Counted from the whole stretch's first letter, positions 1 to 11,673 are shown. The stretch: DNA of 63,558 bases, filler included, from Elsinoe ampelina (GCA_010093995.1; 7 parts of 7 records of this genome joined end to end with filler, not necessarily neighbours in it); one strand, 5' to 3'. A program made the numbers and translations. Notes: generated by a model not told the origin, from the sequence alone.

Positions 1-190
1 TGCCTTAAAGAAGAAAAGACTAGCAGCAACAATAGAGGAGTAGAGGATATTATAATTGCCTCCTGTACTGCCCTTGAAGGTTTCTTCGCACAGCTAGAGC
101 AATAGTTAGTTATAGAAGAAGGACACTTACGAGCTATAATTTAGTAACGTTAGTATATACTAACTGGTCTATTATACCTTTTTTTAGCTT
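1..190. mobile_element. AT-rich RIP-like repeat remnant, family unresolved
   Basis: TpA-rich and CpA/TpG-poor composition, with an abrupt switch to ~50% GC after a T-run near 180-186. Confidence 0.45.
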
Positions 191-355
191 CAATTTCATT
201 CAAATAGACGGCGTTGTCAAGCTATTCGACTCTATATTCTCTCTAGACCTCCAGCCAGCCAATTTTGGTGAGCAGAAGTCGGTGAAGAGTACCGCCAAGC
301 CCGGGGTGGCTCGGTTGAACTCAAAACGACTGTACTGCGCACCAATGCGTCCAGA

Positions 356-1183
356 TATAAGCGCCTTCGGTCTGTGCACCATCAAAGCTTCACCCGCGAC
401 CCTGTAGGAACAAACACCCCGGATGTCCTTGCGTAGTTCATCCTCCCAGTGATGGAAGAACTAATCGTTAACTTTGATAATCCGGTTGACCCTGAATGGT
501 GCGCAATTGCGCCGATGCGCCCTTCATTGCTCACATCGCTGTGGCTGAGTGGGCTTCGCGAAGGCCAACTTGGCTCTGTACTATTGGTGACGACAAACCT
601 GAAACGTTTACACTGGGAATGGGAATACGATGCGGTGTACAAACATCCCCTCAACCAACCCATTCTTGATCTTGACACATCGTATGCTGCACTAGGTCAT
701 GTTCGCCACTCGTTGAGAGAATTGGTGATTAAAGCTGACTGTCCACTGCAAGACGATATAGCTCAACCCTGGCTTGAAATTCGAGGATCGCCAACAAGTT
801 TGATGCATTTCACTCTTGATCGATTGGAGATCCCACTGCCCTTTTTGGTCACTTTCAAGTCGACCAACCGTAATCGACTTGAGGAGGTGGTCCCTAGGAC
901 TGTCAAATCGCTGATCATAGCGGCTGATTTAAATCCGCATCTCTCCTTTCCTCGTTCTGGCGCTCATCATCAAATCAACCTGAACGAATGGGACGATGTC
1001 TTGCTATGCGATGTTGTGGAAGAGTGGAGCAGGTGTTGGCCTCACCTGTATGCGGAGCTCAATCACGTCACTGTGCCACTTCAGCATATACATTGGGATC
1101 CCACCCATGCCGATACGCTGAGGCTGGCAGCAAGACTTGAGCTCTTGTCGAAGCAGACTGGGGTGGAAATCAAGCTGGATTGA
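356..1183 (+). pseudogene. Truncated, interrupted F-box/LRR-like protein gene, paralog of 6540..7994
   Basis: ORF 449-1183 aligns by eye with the C-terminal half of the 484-aa protein (LDRLEIPLPFL vs LRRLEIPLPFL; LGHVRHSLREL vs LGQVRESLQQL). Similarity continues upstream through an in-frame TAG at 434-436 (NTPDVLA*FILP vs RTPDLLPLFLLP). Confidence 0.65.
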
Positions 1184-1959
1184 AACAGATTCCACAACTA
1201 GCCCCCGTCCATAGCAACGGCATATGCGGAAGGTCCACGCACATCACAAACCGATTCCAAGCTTGCCGGTAGCCTTAAGGTATCGCCGATATGCTGACGC
1301 AGTCCGGCCACATTTTGTTAGCCATGTGATGCTATACATGCTCGCGTGAGCTATAACGTGCTCGGAAATGCGACAGTCTCGGCAACATGGTCATTTATTG
1401 AAGGACGCATGGGGCTGTGATGCTTTCTTGCACGACCAATGCATCAGGGTCATCACTGAAGGGACCGGATCACCATATTCTTTGTCGACTGTTGCCGGGG
1501 GTCTGGTGAGCAAAGATCAGGTCCAACAATGTACCTGAACATACATCAATGCATATTCTCGATGTGGTCCCGAGGTCATGCAACAGAATTAGAACAGCGA
1601 CAACATCATACATCTTGGTCATGGGGTTGTCCGGGGTCCTTTGGCAGTGCCTCAATCTTAGTGACCGCGTTGAACGACTTGCATGGTCATCCCATCTCAG
1701 CCACAACGGCGAAACACCCAAAGAAGACAAGCGAACTCGAGGCGCAGGAAAGCAGATTTCGGTTCCTCCAACGTCGACCGTTGCTATTGTTGCCCTCCGC
1801 ATGCATTCAACCAGTACCACATTGTTGTCAGTCTCTAAGTCAAAGTAGGTGTCTCCTGGCCTTCTCGAATCTCGATTCCCTCACCACCATAATTGCCATC
1901 CCACTACCAGACCTGCATCAACCCGTTCAACCACATCTCACACTCTCTGAATCCTCGTC

Positions 1960-2577
1960 ATGGCAGCAGCGGAATACTACGACCCTCGCTTCACTCTCCC
2001 AGCATGTTACCAACATGTCCTTGACTCCCGCGCCGGCGGCGACGGGTATGAAGAAGCCACACCCACTCCGAACCCGCTGCACGCCGCCGCGACGGCGCAA
2101 TACCAGCAACACTTTACCAGCGGAGCACACATACAGGCCGCAAACAAGCAGTCGGATGAGAAAGCAGCCAGCGGAGGCATGGGCGGGATGGCTCTGAAGA
2201 TGGGCATGTCGATGCTGAACAAGAAAGGGAAGAAGCAGGGCGGTGGTGGAGGTGGTGGTAAGGTGGGCATGGGGGCATTGACGGGAGCGATGGGTGGTGT
2301 AGACTTGGGATCAATGCTCGGAGGGAAGGAGAAGCATAACTATGAGGTCAAGTCTGAAGAGGTGGGGAGTGAGAGCGAGGAGGGGGAAGAGGAAGACGAA
2401 GAAGAGGAAGAAGACGAAGAGGAAGAAGAAGAGGAGGAGGAGGATGAGGAAGAGGAGGGAAGTGGAAGTGGAAGTGGTAGCGGTGATGAAGAAGAGGAGG
2501 AGGAGGAAGAAGAGGAAGAAGAGGAAGAAGAAGAGGAGGAAGAGGAGGAGGAGGGCAGTGGGAGCGATAGTGATTGA
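1960..2577 (+). CDS. Hypothetical low-complexity protein (Gly/Met-rich middle, long poly-Glu tail)
   Basis: 205-aa ATG-initiated ORF; GAG/GAA runs kept in frame with synonymous variation. Confidence 0.55.
   Translation: MAAAEYYDPRFTLPACYQHVLDSRAGGDGYEEATPTPNPLHAAATAQYQQHFTSGAHIQAANKQSDEKAASGGMGGMALKMGMSMLNKKGKKQGGGGGGGKVGMGALTGAMGGVDLGSMLGGKEKHNYEVKSEEVGSESEEGEEEDEEEEEDEEEEEEEEEDEEEEGSGSGSGSGDEEEEEEEEEEEEEEEEEEEEEEGSGSDSD
2377..2552 (+). repeat. Imperfect GAG/GAA trinucleotide tract (poly-Glu) with a GGAAGT (Gly-Ser) spacer
   Basis: Purine-rich repeat visible directly in the sequence. Confidence 0.85.
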
Positions 2578-3147
2578 TGTTCGAATGTCGTCCGTTTCTC
2601 CATCGTGAGGCGGTCGATTTTAGCTTCGCTGACATCCTTGCCTCAAGATGCTATTCGCGATAGAATGATTTGCTCCTATACCGATTCTGTAGCAGCTCAC
2701 TCGTCCATCTCATGAAAATTCAAACCACATCTCCCCGAACAGTTCGATAGGCGTAGCAAGGATTCCCGGCCCATCGAAGCCTTTTCGGGCGTACCGCCAC
2801 CGCGCGCCCGCGTTGTCCTTGACCGAGCTGCTTCAGAAGCTTTACTTGACGGCTTGGAATCCGTGCACCTTTGAGATCGAGTGCAATGCTATGCATGTAT
2901 AAAATACAAAGCGAAATCGGAGATGGAGTTTGATGTCCGAGAAGGGCGAGCTTTCGCAAACTGACGCCATCGACCTGGCCGGAGGTGGGGTGTGAATGGT
3001 GGGGCATCATGCAGGTCAAATGGCCGCCTCTTCCGACAGCAAACTACCTTTACCCGACAGCACTTTTCTCCCTCCTACTTGAACCTCTGCAATCGCACAA
3101 TTGAAGCTCGAACACTCCATACTACAGCTGTACAAATCCCACCAACC

Positions 3148-3937
3148 ATGACCTCCAACGCCCCCGCCCACTGCTGCACCGTCGGCGTCAAACACACCGG
3201 CGAAGCCAAAGGAGAATTCAAGACCATCGGCGACAGTGAGCCCCCCCTTCCCTCCCACAATCCCCCCTCTAACCCCCTCCCCAGCTGAAGTCTACTTCTC
3301 CCAACCCTCCTCCCCCACTGACAAAGCCATCCTCGTCCTCACCGACGTCATCGGCCACCGCTTCATCAACGCCCAACTCATCGCCGACCAATTCGCGGCA
3401 AACGGCTACCTCGTCGCCATGCCGGACCTGTTCCACGGCGACCCCATCCCGCTCAACCGCCCCGAAGGCTTCAACATCATGACCTGGCTGCAAGGGCCGC
3501 CGGGCCACTTGCCCAACCGCGTCGACCCCGTCGTGGAAGCCAGCATCAAGGAGTTGAGGGAGAAGCACGGCGTCAAGAAACTCGCGGCCGTGGGGTACTG
3601 TTTCGGCGGGAAATACGTGGTGCGTTTCCTCGCGGAGAACAAGGGGATTGACGTGGGTTACGTGGCGCACCCGAGTTTTGTAGAGGCGGATGAGTTGAAG
3701 GCCATCAAGGGCCCGTTGTCGATTGCCGCGGCCGAGACGGATGCGATTTTCCCGGCCGAGAAGAGGCATGAGAGTGAGGTGATACTCAAGGATGTGAAGC
3801 AGCCGTATCAGATCAATCTATACTCCGGGGTGGAGCATGGGTTCGCGGTGAGGGCGGATGTGGAGGACAAGCCGAAGAGGTTCGCGAAGGAGTTGGCCTT
3901 TGAGCAGGCCGTGGAGTGGTTCAACTTCTACTTGTGA
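3148..3937 (+). CDS. Dienelactone hydrolase family protein (AIM2-like), 2 exons
   Basis: ATG 3148 (MTSNAPAHCC). Intron 3236-3284 (GTGAG..CTAAC..CAG). Nucleophile motif GYCFGG, AETD and HGFAVR catalytic motifs. Confidence 0.92.
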
Positions 3938-4127
3938 GGGATCGCAGGGTGCATATCAGGAGGGAAGGTATTTGCCGTCCATATACCACGCAAACCATGT
4001 AGATAGACACGATGATCACGAATCAGACGTACAGAGTTTCAACACTCTAAATTTTCCTTTTTTGGTCGCCAAAGCAAAGATCTAACTCGCTCAAAAAGCA
4101 TCACGTCCTCCCTCGGACCTGCCTGCC

Positions 4128-6227
4128 CTACACTCCCATCTTCTCGCTCGTGGCCATCAGACTACCGATGAATGTCGTAATCAACCGGCTCCGCACCGCG
4201 CAAATGTCCTCCGGCACCAGCCAAATGGTGGCTCCCATCTTTCTTGCAATACTGATGGCCAGCTTTGCATTGGCGTATGCCTCCTCGTCTGACCTGCCAG
4301 ACGCCACAAGATCGTAGTCGACGTAGGCGCTCTTCATGCCGTTCAGCACATCCAGCAGGAAGATACCGTTGCTCAAACTGTTATCCTTGAAGCTCCGTAT
4401 CGCGCTGCTCTTGCCGCCCTTCTTGCTCATGCCGTTGGCCCAGCTGACCATGTCGGCGTCTGACAGATCGCGCTTACCCATGCGTTTCGCGAGAGCGTCG
4501 AGTGTGTTGAAGATATCCTTCCGCATGAGCTGCCATACCATGCCCAGAGTGAGTGTCCGTTGGCCGTCTGTGATATCTGCACCTTGTATACCAACCAACG
4601 AGAAGCGGTTTTGCTTGCCAATCTCGACTGCGTAGTTGGTATTTTCCACAGCCTTGAAGCGAGACATTTCGGCGCCAGACGCAGGAGGCTTGTTGACATG
4701 TCTGAGGTTGACCGAGCCTGGAATAACCTTGTCGTATGCCTGCAGAAGTATAGTGCCATCTCGCAAGTCGTCAAAGAAGGATACGACCGTAGGCTGTACG
4801 TCCAACGAATTGAGCCAGAGGGTGAACACACGAGCTTCGCGCTCCCCTTCCGCATCAAAGTCCTCGATATCTGCCTTCTCTTCCTCGGTGATCGGGTCCA
4901 GACCGGGGTGGTTATTGAAGAGGTTGGCAACGAATGCCAGGTTGAGCTTGGGGTTACCAGCTACTAGTGATGTTGGCGTGAGGAACTTCCTGCAGTCGAG
5001 CTTGTCGGCGTTGTCCAGCACTTGCTCTGCGCGTTGTAGAAGATCGCGGGTTTGCAGGGGGCCTCGCGAGCAGATTTCGGGCTTCAGCTGGTTTAGTAGT
5101 ACCGTGTAATTCTCGCCGTCCTTGACGTCAGTCGAGAAGTTGTTGACCCTGCGAAATGTCAGTCAGGGCCTCCGATCCTCAGCGGTCGCACTCACGTCCG
5201 GTTCCACTTGGCATTCTTCAAATGGTAGTTGAACCACCGCAGCAGAATCTGCTCTGGCGGTAGGCGCAAGAATTGCTCGAGTGTCTCATCCTCCTCCAAC
5301 AGCCTGTATAGCTCGGGGTGGAGCTTGATGTCGATCTTGCCGAGCAGACCTCTTCGGATGACTTGCCAAATCAGACCAAGAATCAAGTGCTCGCGAACCT
5401 CGATGATATCCTGACTGCCAATGTTGACCACGGAACATCCGATGCCCTTCGCGGACTCGATAACGATGTTGTTGTTCTCGGTCATGTGGAAAGCGTTCAA
5501 TGTCTTGATCTTCTTGCCCGGCCTGTTCATAACCCGCTCGTCAATCGTGTCCGGTACACTGTCGTTGATCAACTTGGCCAGCACGAGACCATCCTTGCAC
5601 TGATCGAACATCTCAAAGGTGTCGGTCGCGAAGGGGAGCTTGTGGCCAATGTCTGGATCGCCGGCAAGTACGGCATTGATGTGTCGCGTGAACTCGGTCC
5701 TCTCGTCTTCATTGATGGTGTGGGTGGAGCTTGCTGTGGCGCCGCCAACGTGGATGCGACCTCCGCCATGACCACTGGAAGCAGGCTGGGGTGACCCAGG
5801 TGCTTGTCCAGCGCTACTCAGGCCGCGCGATCGTGTGGGACCAGTTGACATGCGCTTTTGGGCCGGCGAAGAGTCGCGGAGTTTGGAGATGAGCTGAGAT
5901 TGTCAGCGACTGTGTGATCATGCCACATTCTGACACTGACATCGACATAGTCGTCCAGTTCTACCCTGCGCGAGCTATCCAATTCGACCTCTTTCAGCGC
6001 TTGGCGCACAACATCGTAGGACTGTCTCTCCGAGTTCTGCGTGGCCTTAATCACCGTGCCCTCATCCAGATAGCCTTTGTCGTCGACATCGAGCTTCCTG
6101 AAAGCATCTTGCAGCTGAAAGATCTCGTTCTGCTGGAATTGGGGATATTTTCTTGCGACGTATTAGCAGGTGGGCTGGCGGGGTATTTCGTTTCAGCTGC
6201 TTACTTTTGAAGTTTGAGTACGTTCAT
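4128..6227 (-). CDS. SAC6: Fimbrin (EF-hand plus calponin-homology actin-bundling protein), about 4 exons
   Basis: MNVLKLQK start at 6227. Motifs HTINEDERTEFTRHIN, PPEQILLRWFNYHL, EGEREARVFTLWLNSL, SIARKMGATIWLVPEDI. GT-AG introns near 6152-6204, 5894-5937 and 5149-5195. Confidence 0.95.
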
Positions 6228-6539
6228 GCTTGCGATTGTGCTGTGAGGGATGTGTTGGAGGAGATGGACAAAAAGGGTAGCGCTGTCGCAGAATTGGGTC
6301 TCGACAAGACCAGGATTGATCAACCCGAAAGATGCTGCCTGGGAAGGGTACGCGTATGATGAATGACGCAGTTGGAGATGAGAGAGGCAAGCGGGACACA
6401 GCCCTGAAGAGCAGGGAACCGTCGGGTGTTTCAACGCCGACCTTGGATCTGCCGCCGGCTCCTGCTGCACCGCCCCACGCCGCCCGAAATTCACATCAGT
6501 TTCTACTCGGTCATGTATATCGGGGCTTCATTCACTTCT

Positions 6540-7994
6540 TCAACCTAATTCTGAAATATCACTGTCCGGAAAGGGACCAATGTACTCCGATCGATAGCGA
6601 TGCGGGTTCTGTGTTAGCACAATCTTCAAACCATGTGTTTCGCCCAGCAGTCTGAAACCTTGCGCTAGGTCCTCAAGGTCCTCTACGTCCTCCCACGCAG
6701 CTTGGAAGAGACAGAGATGAATGGTATGCAAGTCTGGACAGCGACTCCGGTGTTGACGCAGCCAAGTAGTCAGAAGTTGTTTGATATCCCTGAGCTCCCA
6801 TTCATCCTGCTCCCTTTCCCATCCGACCTCGTAGTCATACACTGTGTACGGGTAGAAGTTGTCGGTGATGACAAGGGTGTGCAAATTGACAGGCATGATT
6901 CGTTCAAGAGGCGCTCTTGATGCTGGGCTGAAGCCGGCCAGAAAGGGCAATGGTATCTCCAATCTCCTCAATTTAAGCATCTCGCAAAGACCTTCCATAT
7001 GGCCTGTAATGTGAAGCAGAGGCATCTCAGGGCCGTCCTGCTCACACCTTGCGAACACCATCAATTGCTGTAGTGACTCACGCACCTGACCTAAAGAGGC
7101 AGCCATCACCTTTAGATCTAGTACGGTGTTATCCGTATGCCTCGTCCAAGGTCTGTAGTACCATGACCACCTCAAATTCTGCAGATTTGGCATGTTGGCA
7201 AGCACATCCCCGAGCGCTTGCTCTCGAATATAGGCCAAGTCGAGGGTGGTGATGCTTGAGGGACGTATGGTCTCCAGAGGCCATTCGATGATACTTGGAC
7301 CATCGAGACACAGTGACATGCTTGTCATCTTGGGTAGGAGAAATAGTGGTAGGAGATCAGGCGTACGAACGCCAATCATTGAGATGTCATTATCCAGTAT
7401 CGTATTCCATGTGACCGTTTCGAGATGAGAGAAGTTTGAGAGCTCTGTATTAGACTCCCTTCTTACGATCGAACGCAATAGGAACCCTAGAATGACATTG
7501 CTCTTGGTGAAGTTGCGGTCGAGGACAAGCTTGCGGAGACTGTGCAAGCGACCTAGCATCAACGTAACAGCTGCGTCCATGGATCCCTTCTGAAGTTCCG
7601 ACAGCCAGTGATCCACGAAAGAAAGTCCTGAGCTGACAACAGCGGACACGATTTCAGAATCGACTTTGCCAGATATCGGAATCGCCGGTGGTCTGTCCCC
7701 CCTGGATGGTGCCTTATGCAAGTCCGAGCCGAGAAGCTGCACAGTCCGTACGTGGCCGGCCAGTTCCGGACGTCGAAGGATCACATACAGAAAGCTCAGG
7801 ATTGGCGGCGTGTGATCGACTGTCCACTTCCATTCGATGTTACTGTAGAGGTAGGGCTCCGAGTCTCGCCGCATTGATTTGCTAAGCAGAGTGAGCGTAC
7901 GGATGTCATCTCTGTCGAGCATCTCCAAGACAGCTGTGCCACTATCACCGATGCAATCCCATAGTGATGTCCTCGGTATCCGGGTGGTCGGCAT
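6540..7994 (-). CDS. Fungal F-box-like / leucine-rich-repeat hypothetical protein
   Basis: 484-aa intronless ORF. N-terminal F-box-like segment (LTLLSKSMRRDSEPYLYSNI), then LxxL repeats (LHSLRKL, MPNLQNL, LKLRRLEI). Confidence 0.7.
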   Translation of the reverse strand: MPTTRIPRTSLWDCIGDSGTAVLEMLDRDDIRTLTLLSKSMRRDSEPYLYSNIEWKWTVDHTPPILSFLYVILRRPELAGHVRTVQLLGSDLHKAPSRGDRPPAIPISGKVDSEIVSAVVSSGLSFVDHWLSELQKGSMDAAVTLMLGRLHSLRKLVLDRNFTKSNVILGFLLRSIVRRESNTELSNFSHLETVTWNTILDNDISMIGVRTPDLLPLFLLPKMTSMSLCLDGPSIIEWPLETIRPSSITTLDLAYIREQALGDVLANMPNLQNLRWSWYYRPWTRHTDNTVLDLKVMAASLGQVRESLQQLMVFARCEQDGPEMPLLHITGHMEGLCEMLKLRRLEIPLPFLAGFSPASRAPLERIMPVNLHTLVITDNFYPYTVYDYEVGWEREQDEWELRDIKQLLTTWLRQHRSRCPDLHTIHLCLFQAAWEDVEDLEDLAQGFRLLGETHGLKIVLTQNPHRYRSEYIGPFPDSDISELG

Positions 7995-9919
7995 CGCTGG
8001 TATCAGATCCTAGCTCTCGAATTCGGAGGTCTACTCAAGAGGCTGGTTGGAACTTAAGCATCACCCAGGCAGTTGGCTTTTGGCATCGACATGAACGTTC
8101 CACGTACTTTCCTTGAGGTGGATTTCGTTAACGATGAGAAGACTGCGGTCGTCATCATCTACGTCGTGGACGTTTGCCCAGTCATGTAGAAAGGAAATTG
8201 GCCTGTGCCTGACCGCTTTCGGTGCCAAGCCACCGTCCTCATCACGCATCGGGCACCGGCTTGGCACGTATGACCAGCTCGAAACCTATATTGGTCACGT
8301 TGCCGGGCTTCTGCAGCCTAGGGCGGCTGTTCACTCCAAAAGCTAACTGGCCTAGGAAGTGGATCATGCCGATGTGGTGTTACAGAGATGGCGTTACAGA
8401 GATGGCGTTACAATGGTAGATGTTCGTGCTCGCCCTATCGTGCAAAAAGGAGTATTCAAAGTGATGCCGGATGGTCCACTGAGGAAACAAAGCAGCAGAA
8501 GAAATCGTGCTGGCTCTAACCGTATCTGCGACAGGTACAAGACAATAAGTCTTCCACTGAAAGTGCAAAAAGATCTCACCGCAGTGATGTGTGTATTCCC
8601 GAACCAATCGTAAGAGGAAAGGGAAGATGGCTTTGTGCAAGGTTTAGATATCATCCACTCGACTTTGGCGACCGACAGTTAAAGTCGCCGCGGTCGAGTT
8701 TCGAACCCTCGCGCCTCTACATTATATGGACAGAGACCCAAACTCGTTCGTCTTGCGACGAATTGGTTTGATGAGCAGCGCTGAATCAGGAGTACACTGG
8801 GCTCAACCACAAGGGAAGAGGGCAGCTAACTGACTGGGACATCCTGATCGCTGGGACAACAGGCCCATGGGAAATAATATATAGTATGTGGATGCAGGCG
8901 TGGTGTCTTGCATGTGACGGTCGCACGCCAAATTCCACTTGCAAGAGACGAACTCACCTTGACGACTTTGACACATTCACGAACCAGCCGACGCAGTAGT
9001 TGACAACATCATAGGTCTGTCCAGGTGAGTGCAACGGTGAGCATAGTGAGTTCCGATCGCGATGGCGCCCTGAAGTATCATCGAGCACGTCAAGATTCTC
9101 CAATGCCTTGCAAGAAGAGCCTTGGTTTTGAACAGACGGTCATTGCAAAGAGAGCGGCTTCTTCTACCGGGATTCTGGCTTGCGAATCATCAGCCAGAGA
9201 AGAACTGGCATCGGTCTATTGCAAGACCATTCGGACCCAGACAGTGACTTCAAGAATCGACAAAGTTGTCTTTATGACGAGGCCCCCAGCTCTGTTGTGT
9301 CCAAAGGCCACTTCCACAATATCGGTGTTGTAACTTGGTACGTCCAGGCTTGTGCTACGCCCGGTCTGACCTCTAGAATATGCGCAAGGTGGCCTACGAC
9401 TCTTCAGCATGATCGATGAGTTCTAGTAGATCTCGAGCCAGAGTTCGGATGGCTTGACACTTCATCAAGTCCCGGTAGGTCGGAGTCGAATTGAGACGTC
9501 GAACAGCAAACAGGATGCCCTGGCCATGACACGGATGTCCGATGGCTGACAGGATCCGAGCGAGATCCAGCTCAATATGATGTCTGAGCACTAACATTGG
9601 GTCTAAGAGACCTTGTGGATCCTCCTTTGCCACTAAGACCTCTGGATGTCCGTGGTGTCCAGCAGGTCCGGAGACACAGATCAGTCAAGCCGATCGCTAT
9701 CTGGAATGTCGTTCAAGATCGTGACACACCTTAGAACCAATGATCGACAGCACGAGTACGGTGTGGATGATGGCGATGCAGATAGTACGATAGATGGAGG
9801 AACGAGGTCTGAAGTGTGTTGTAATGGAAGGCTGGTACAGCTTCTCTGGTACTGAAGAACTGGTACTGATGAGTCAGCGCACGCACAGTAGATAAATCGG
9901 TTATTGTAACTCTCTGAAT

Positions 9920-10019
9920 NNNNNNNNNNNNNNNNNNNNNNNNNNNNNNNNNNNNNNNNNNNNTTAATTAATTAANNNNNNNNNNNNNNNNNNNNNNNNN
10001 NNNNNNNNNNNNNNNNNNN
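9920..10019. other. Artificial contig linker N44-TTAATTAATTAA-N44
   Basis: Identical 100-nt spacer carrying a six-frame-stop 12-mer. Confidence 0.98.
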
Positions 10020-10483
10020 AATAAGTGTTCTAGCTATTAAGGTGTTAGTATCTATAGTTATTTATCTCCTTATTAATACCTAAATCCTATAGTTATAGTT
10101 AAGGCAGTTCTTAATAGATTCTAATACTTAAAAAGCGAGATAGTAGAGAATTAACTAATAAATAGAGTAGGAAAGCAACTAAGTAATATACTTATATAGG
10201 GGTAGTTATACTAGGCTTATAACTGTTAACTTGTGTAGGGGAGGAAAAAGGATTAATTACTACCTAATCTACTAAACTAAGGTAGATTATAACTACATAA
10301 ATACTTAACCTAATAAACTAAGAGATAGATAAATTAATAGAACTCCTAAGTAACAACAGATTAAGACAATAACTATCTAATTTAATTATGAATTAGTGGA
10401 GTAGTAGATAAGTATTCAGTTCCACTAGGGGATAAACTGAATCAGGGTCCTTCTTAGCGCTCTAGCTTATACCTCGGTTGACA
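10020..10483 (-). mobile_element. 5' end of a RIP-mutated Ty1/Copia retrotransposon (5' LTR 10224-10483, PBS-like site 10213-10223)
   Basis: 260-bp TGTCAAC...GTTAACA segment matches the LTR at 30261-30519. It is followed on the minus strand by GTTATAAGCCT, a RIP form of the Copia-type PBS GGTTATGAGCCC. Confidence 0.8.
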
Positions 10484-10787
10484 AGAACCTTAATCCACTC
10501 GTACCACGACATCTTCCTGAACCGACTTCCGACTTGGATAGTAATAATTTGTACCGTCCCTGTATCGCAATCATTGATCGAGAAAGTCGGATCTGCGTCG
10601 ACCTTGGTCTTTGACCACGAGATTACCGAGACTAGAGACCTTGTGCAAATCCGTTTCTTTTCGGAACGTCCCTGAGGCGAATGTGACATGGCCATTACAC
10701 ACACAAGTGTAGCAGACGGCTGTCGGAGACGCTGACATGGATGAACTAACTACAGCCGGAAACAAAGAACTCATTAGGATGAGATTG

Positions 10788-10794
10788 TATATAA
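10788..10794 (+). promoter_or_regulatory. Candidate TATA box of the LPMO gene
   Basis: TATATAA about 100 nt upstream of the ATG. Confidence 0.4.
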
Positions 10795-10884
10795 GGCACA
10801 TTCTTTCTTCCTGGGATATGTTTGGAAACTACCAGCAAGCTTATTCCATTTGACCATCAGATATTTGACACCACAAACCCACCA

Positions 10885-11673
10885 ATGAACAGGATGAAGA
10901 ATCTATCGATTTTGGTCAGTCTACTAGCCACCTCGGCGGCTCATACGATCTTCCAGGAGATGTATGTAGATAGTGTCTCTCAGGGCCATCTTTTTGGTAT
11001 TCGGACCGTCCAGTCATCTAATGTGAGAAGACGATCGGCAATCCCCTCCAATCATACTTACCTTTGTCAGCCGCTCAAGAACGTGTCTAGTCCCGACATC
11101 ATCTGCAATGGCGCTGTGAACAATTTCACCCAGAACCCGGCGGCAGACGTCATCACCTTGCCCGCCGGAGCAACCATTACCACAGAATGGCACAACAAAC
11201 TTCTTGGTCTCGACCCTAGCAACCCAGATGATCCTATCGCAAAGACCCATTTGGGTCCGATCCAGACTTACATGGCGCCGATTGGTGACATCTACGATAC
11301 CGACGTCGAGAGCCTGGAGTGGTTCAAGATCTACCAGGACGGCGTGACCTTGAACAATACGTGGGCCACTCAGAAGATGATGACCGCGGCTGGCAAAGTC
11401 ACCCACGCCATCCCAAGCTGCATCCCCTCGGGCACATATTTGCTGAAGGCGGAGATTGTAGCCTTGCATGCTGTTGGTGATACCGGGAAGAATGTCGAGA
11501 TCTTCACCGAGTGTGCTCAGGTCAATATCACTGATGGTGGAAATGCTGCGCTACCTGGTTTCAAGTTCCAGGAAGGATATACGCCAAGTACGCCTGGACT
11601 GGTGTTCAACGTCTATACCTCGCCCCCGAACCTCGACTATCCATTTCCGGGGCCAGAAGTCTTCACCTGTTAG
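10885..11673 (+). CDS. Secreted AA9 (GH61) lytic polysaccharide monooxygenase with an atypical copper-site motif
   Basis: Signal peptide ending ATSAA, mature N-terminal His (HTIFQ). Motifs IICNG, TEWH, HLGPIQTYMA, WFKI, IPSCIPSGTYLLKAEIVALH, ECAQV, YPFPGP. 48-nt intron 11023-11070. Start could also be 10894. Confidence 0.92.
   Translation: MNRMKNLSILVSLLATSAAHTIFQEMYVDSVSQGHLFGIRTVQSSNVRRRSAIPSNHTYLCQPLKNVSSPDIICNGAVNNFTQNPAADVITLPAGATITTEWHNKLLGLDPSNPDDPIAKTHLGPIQTYMAPIGDIYDTDVESLEWFKIYQDGVTLNNTWATQKMMTAAGKVTHAIPSCIPSGTYLLKAEIVALHAVGDTGKNVEIFTECAQVNITDGGNAALPGFKFQEGYTPSTPGLVFNVYTSPPNLDYPFPGPEVFTC

Noticed and set aside
2340..2635. Poly-Ser, poly-Lys/Arg and poly-Pro/Leu ORFs
   Set aside because: Alternative frames of the GAG/GAA repeat.
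8000..9900. Short ORFs and a small tandem duplication (GTTACAGAGATGGC x2 near 8379-8411)
   Set aside because: No recognisable motif or consistent frame; a possible decayed gene that cannot be supported.
9964..9975. TTAATTAATTAA palindrome recurring six times
   Set aside because: Synthetic six-frame-stop linker inside N runs, not biological.
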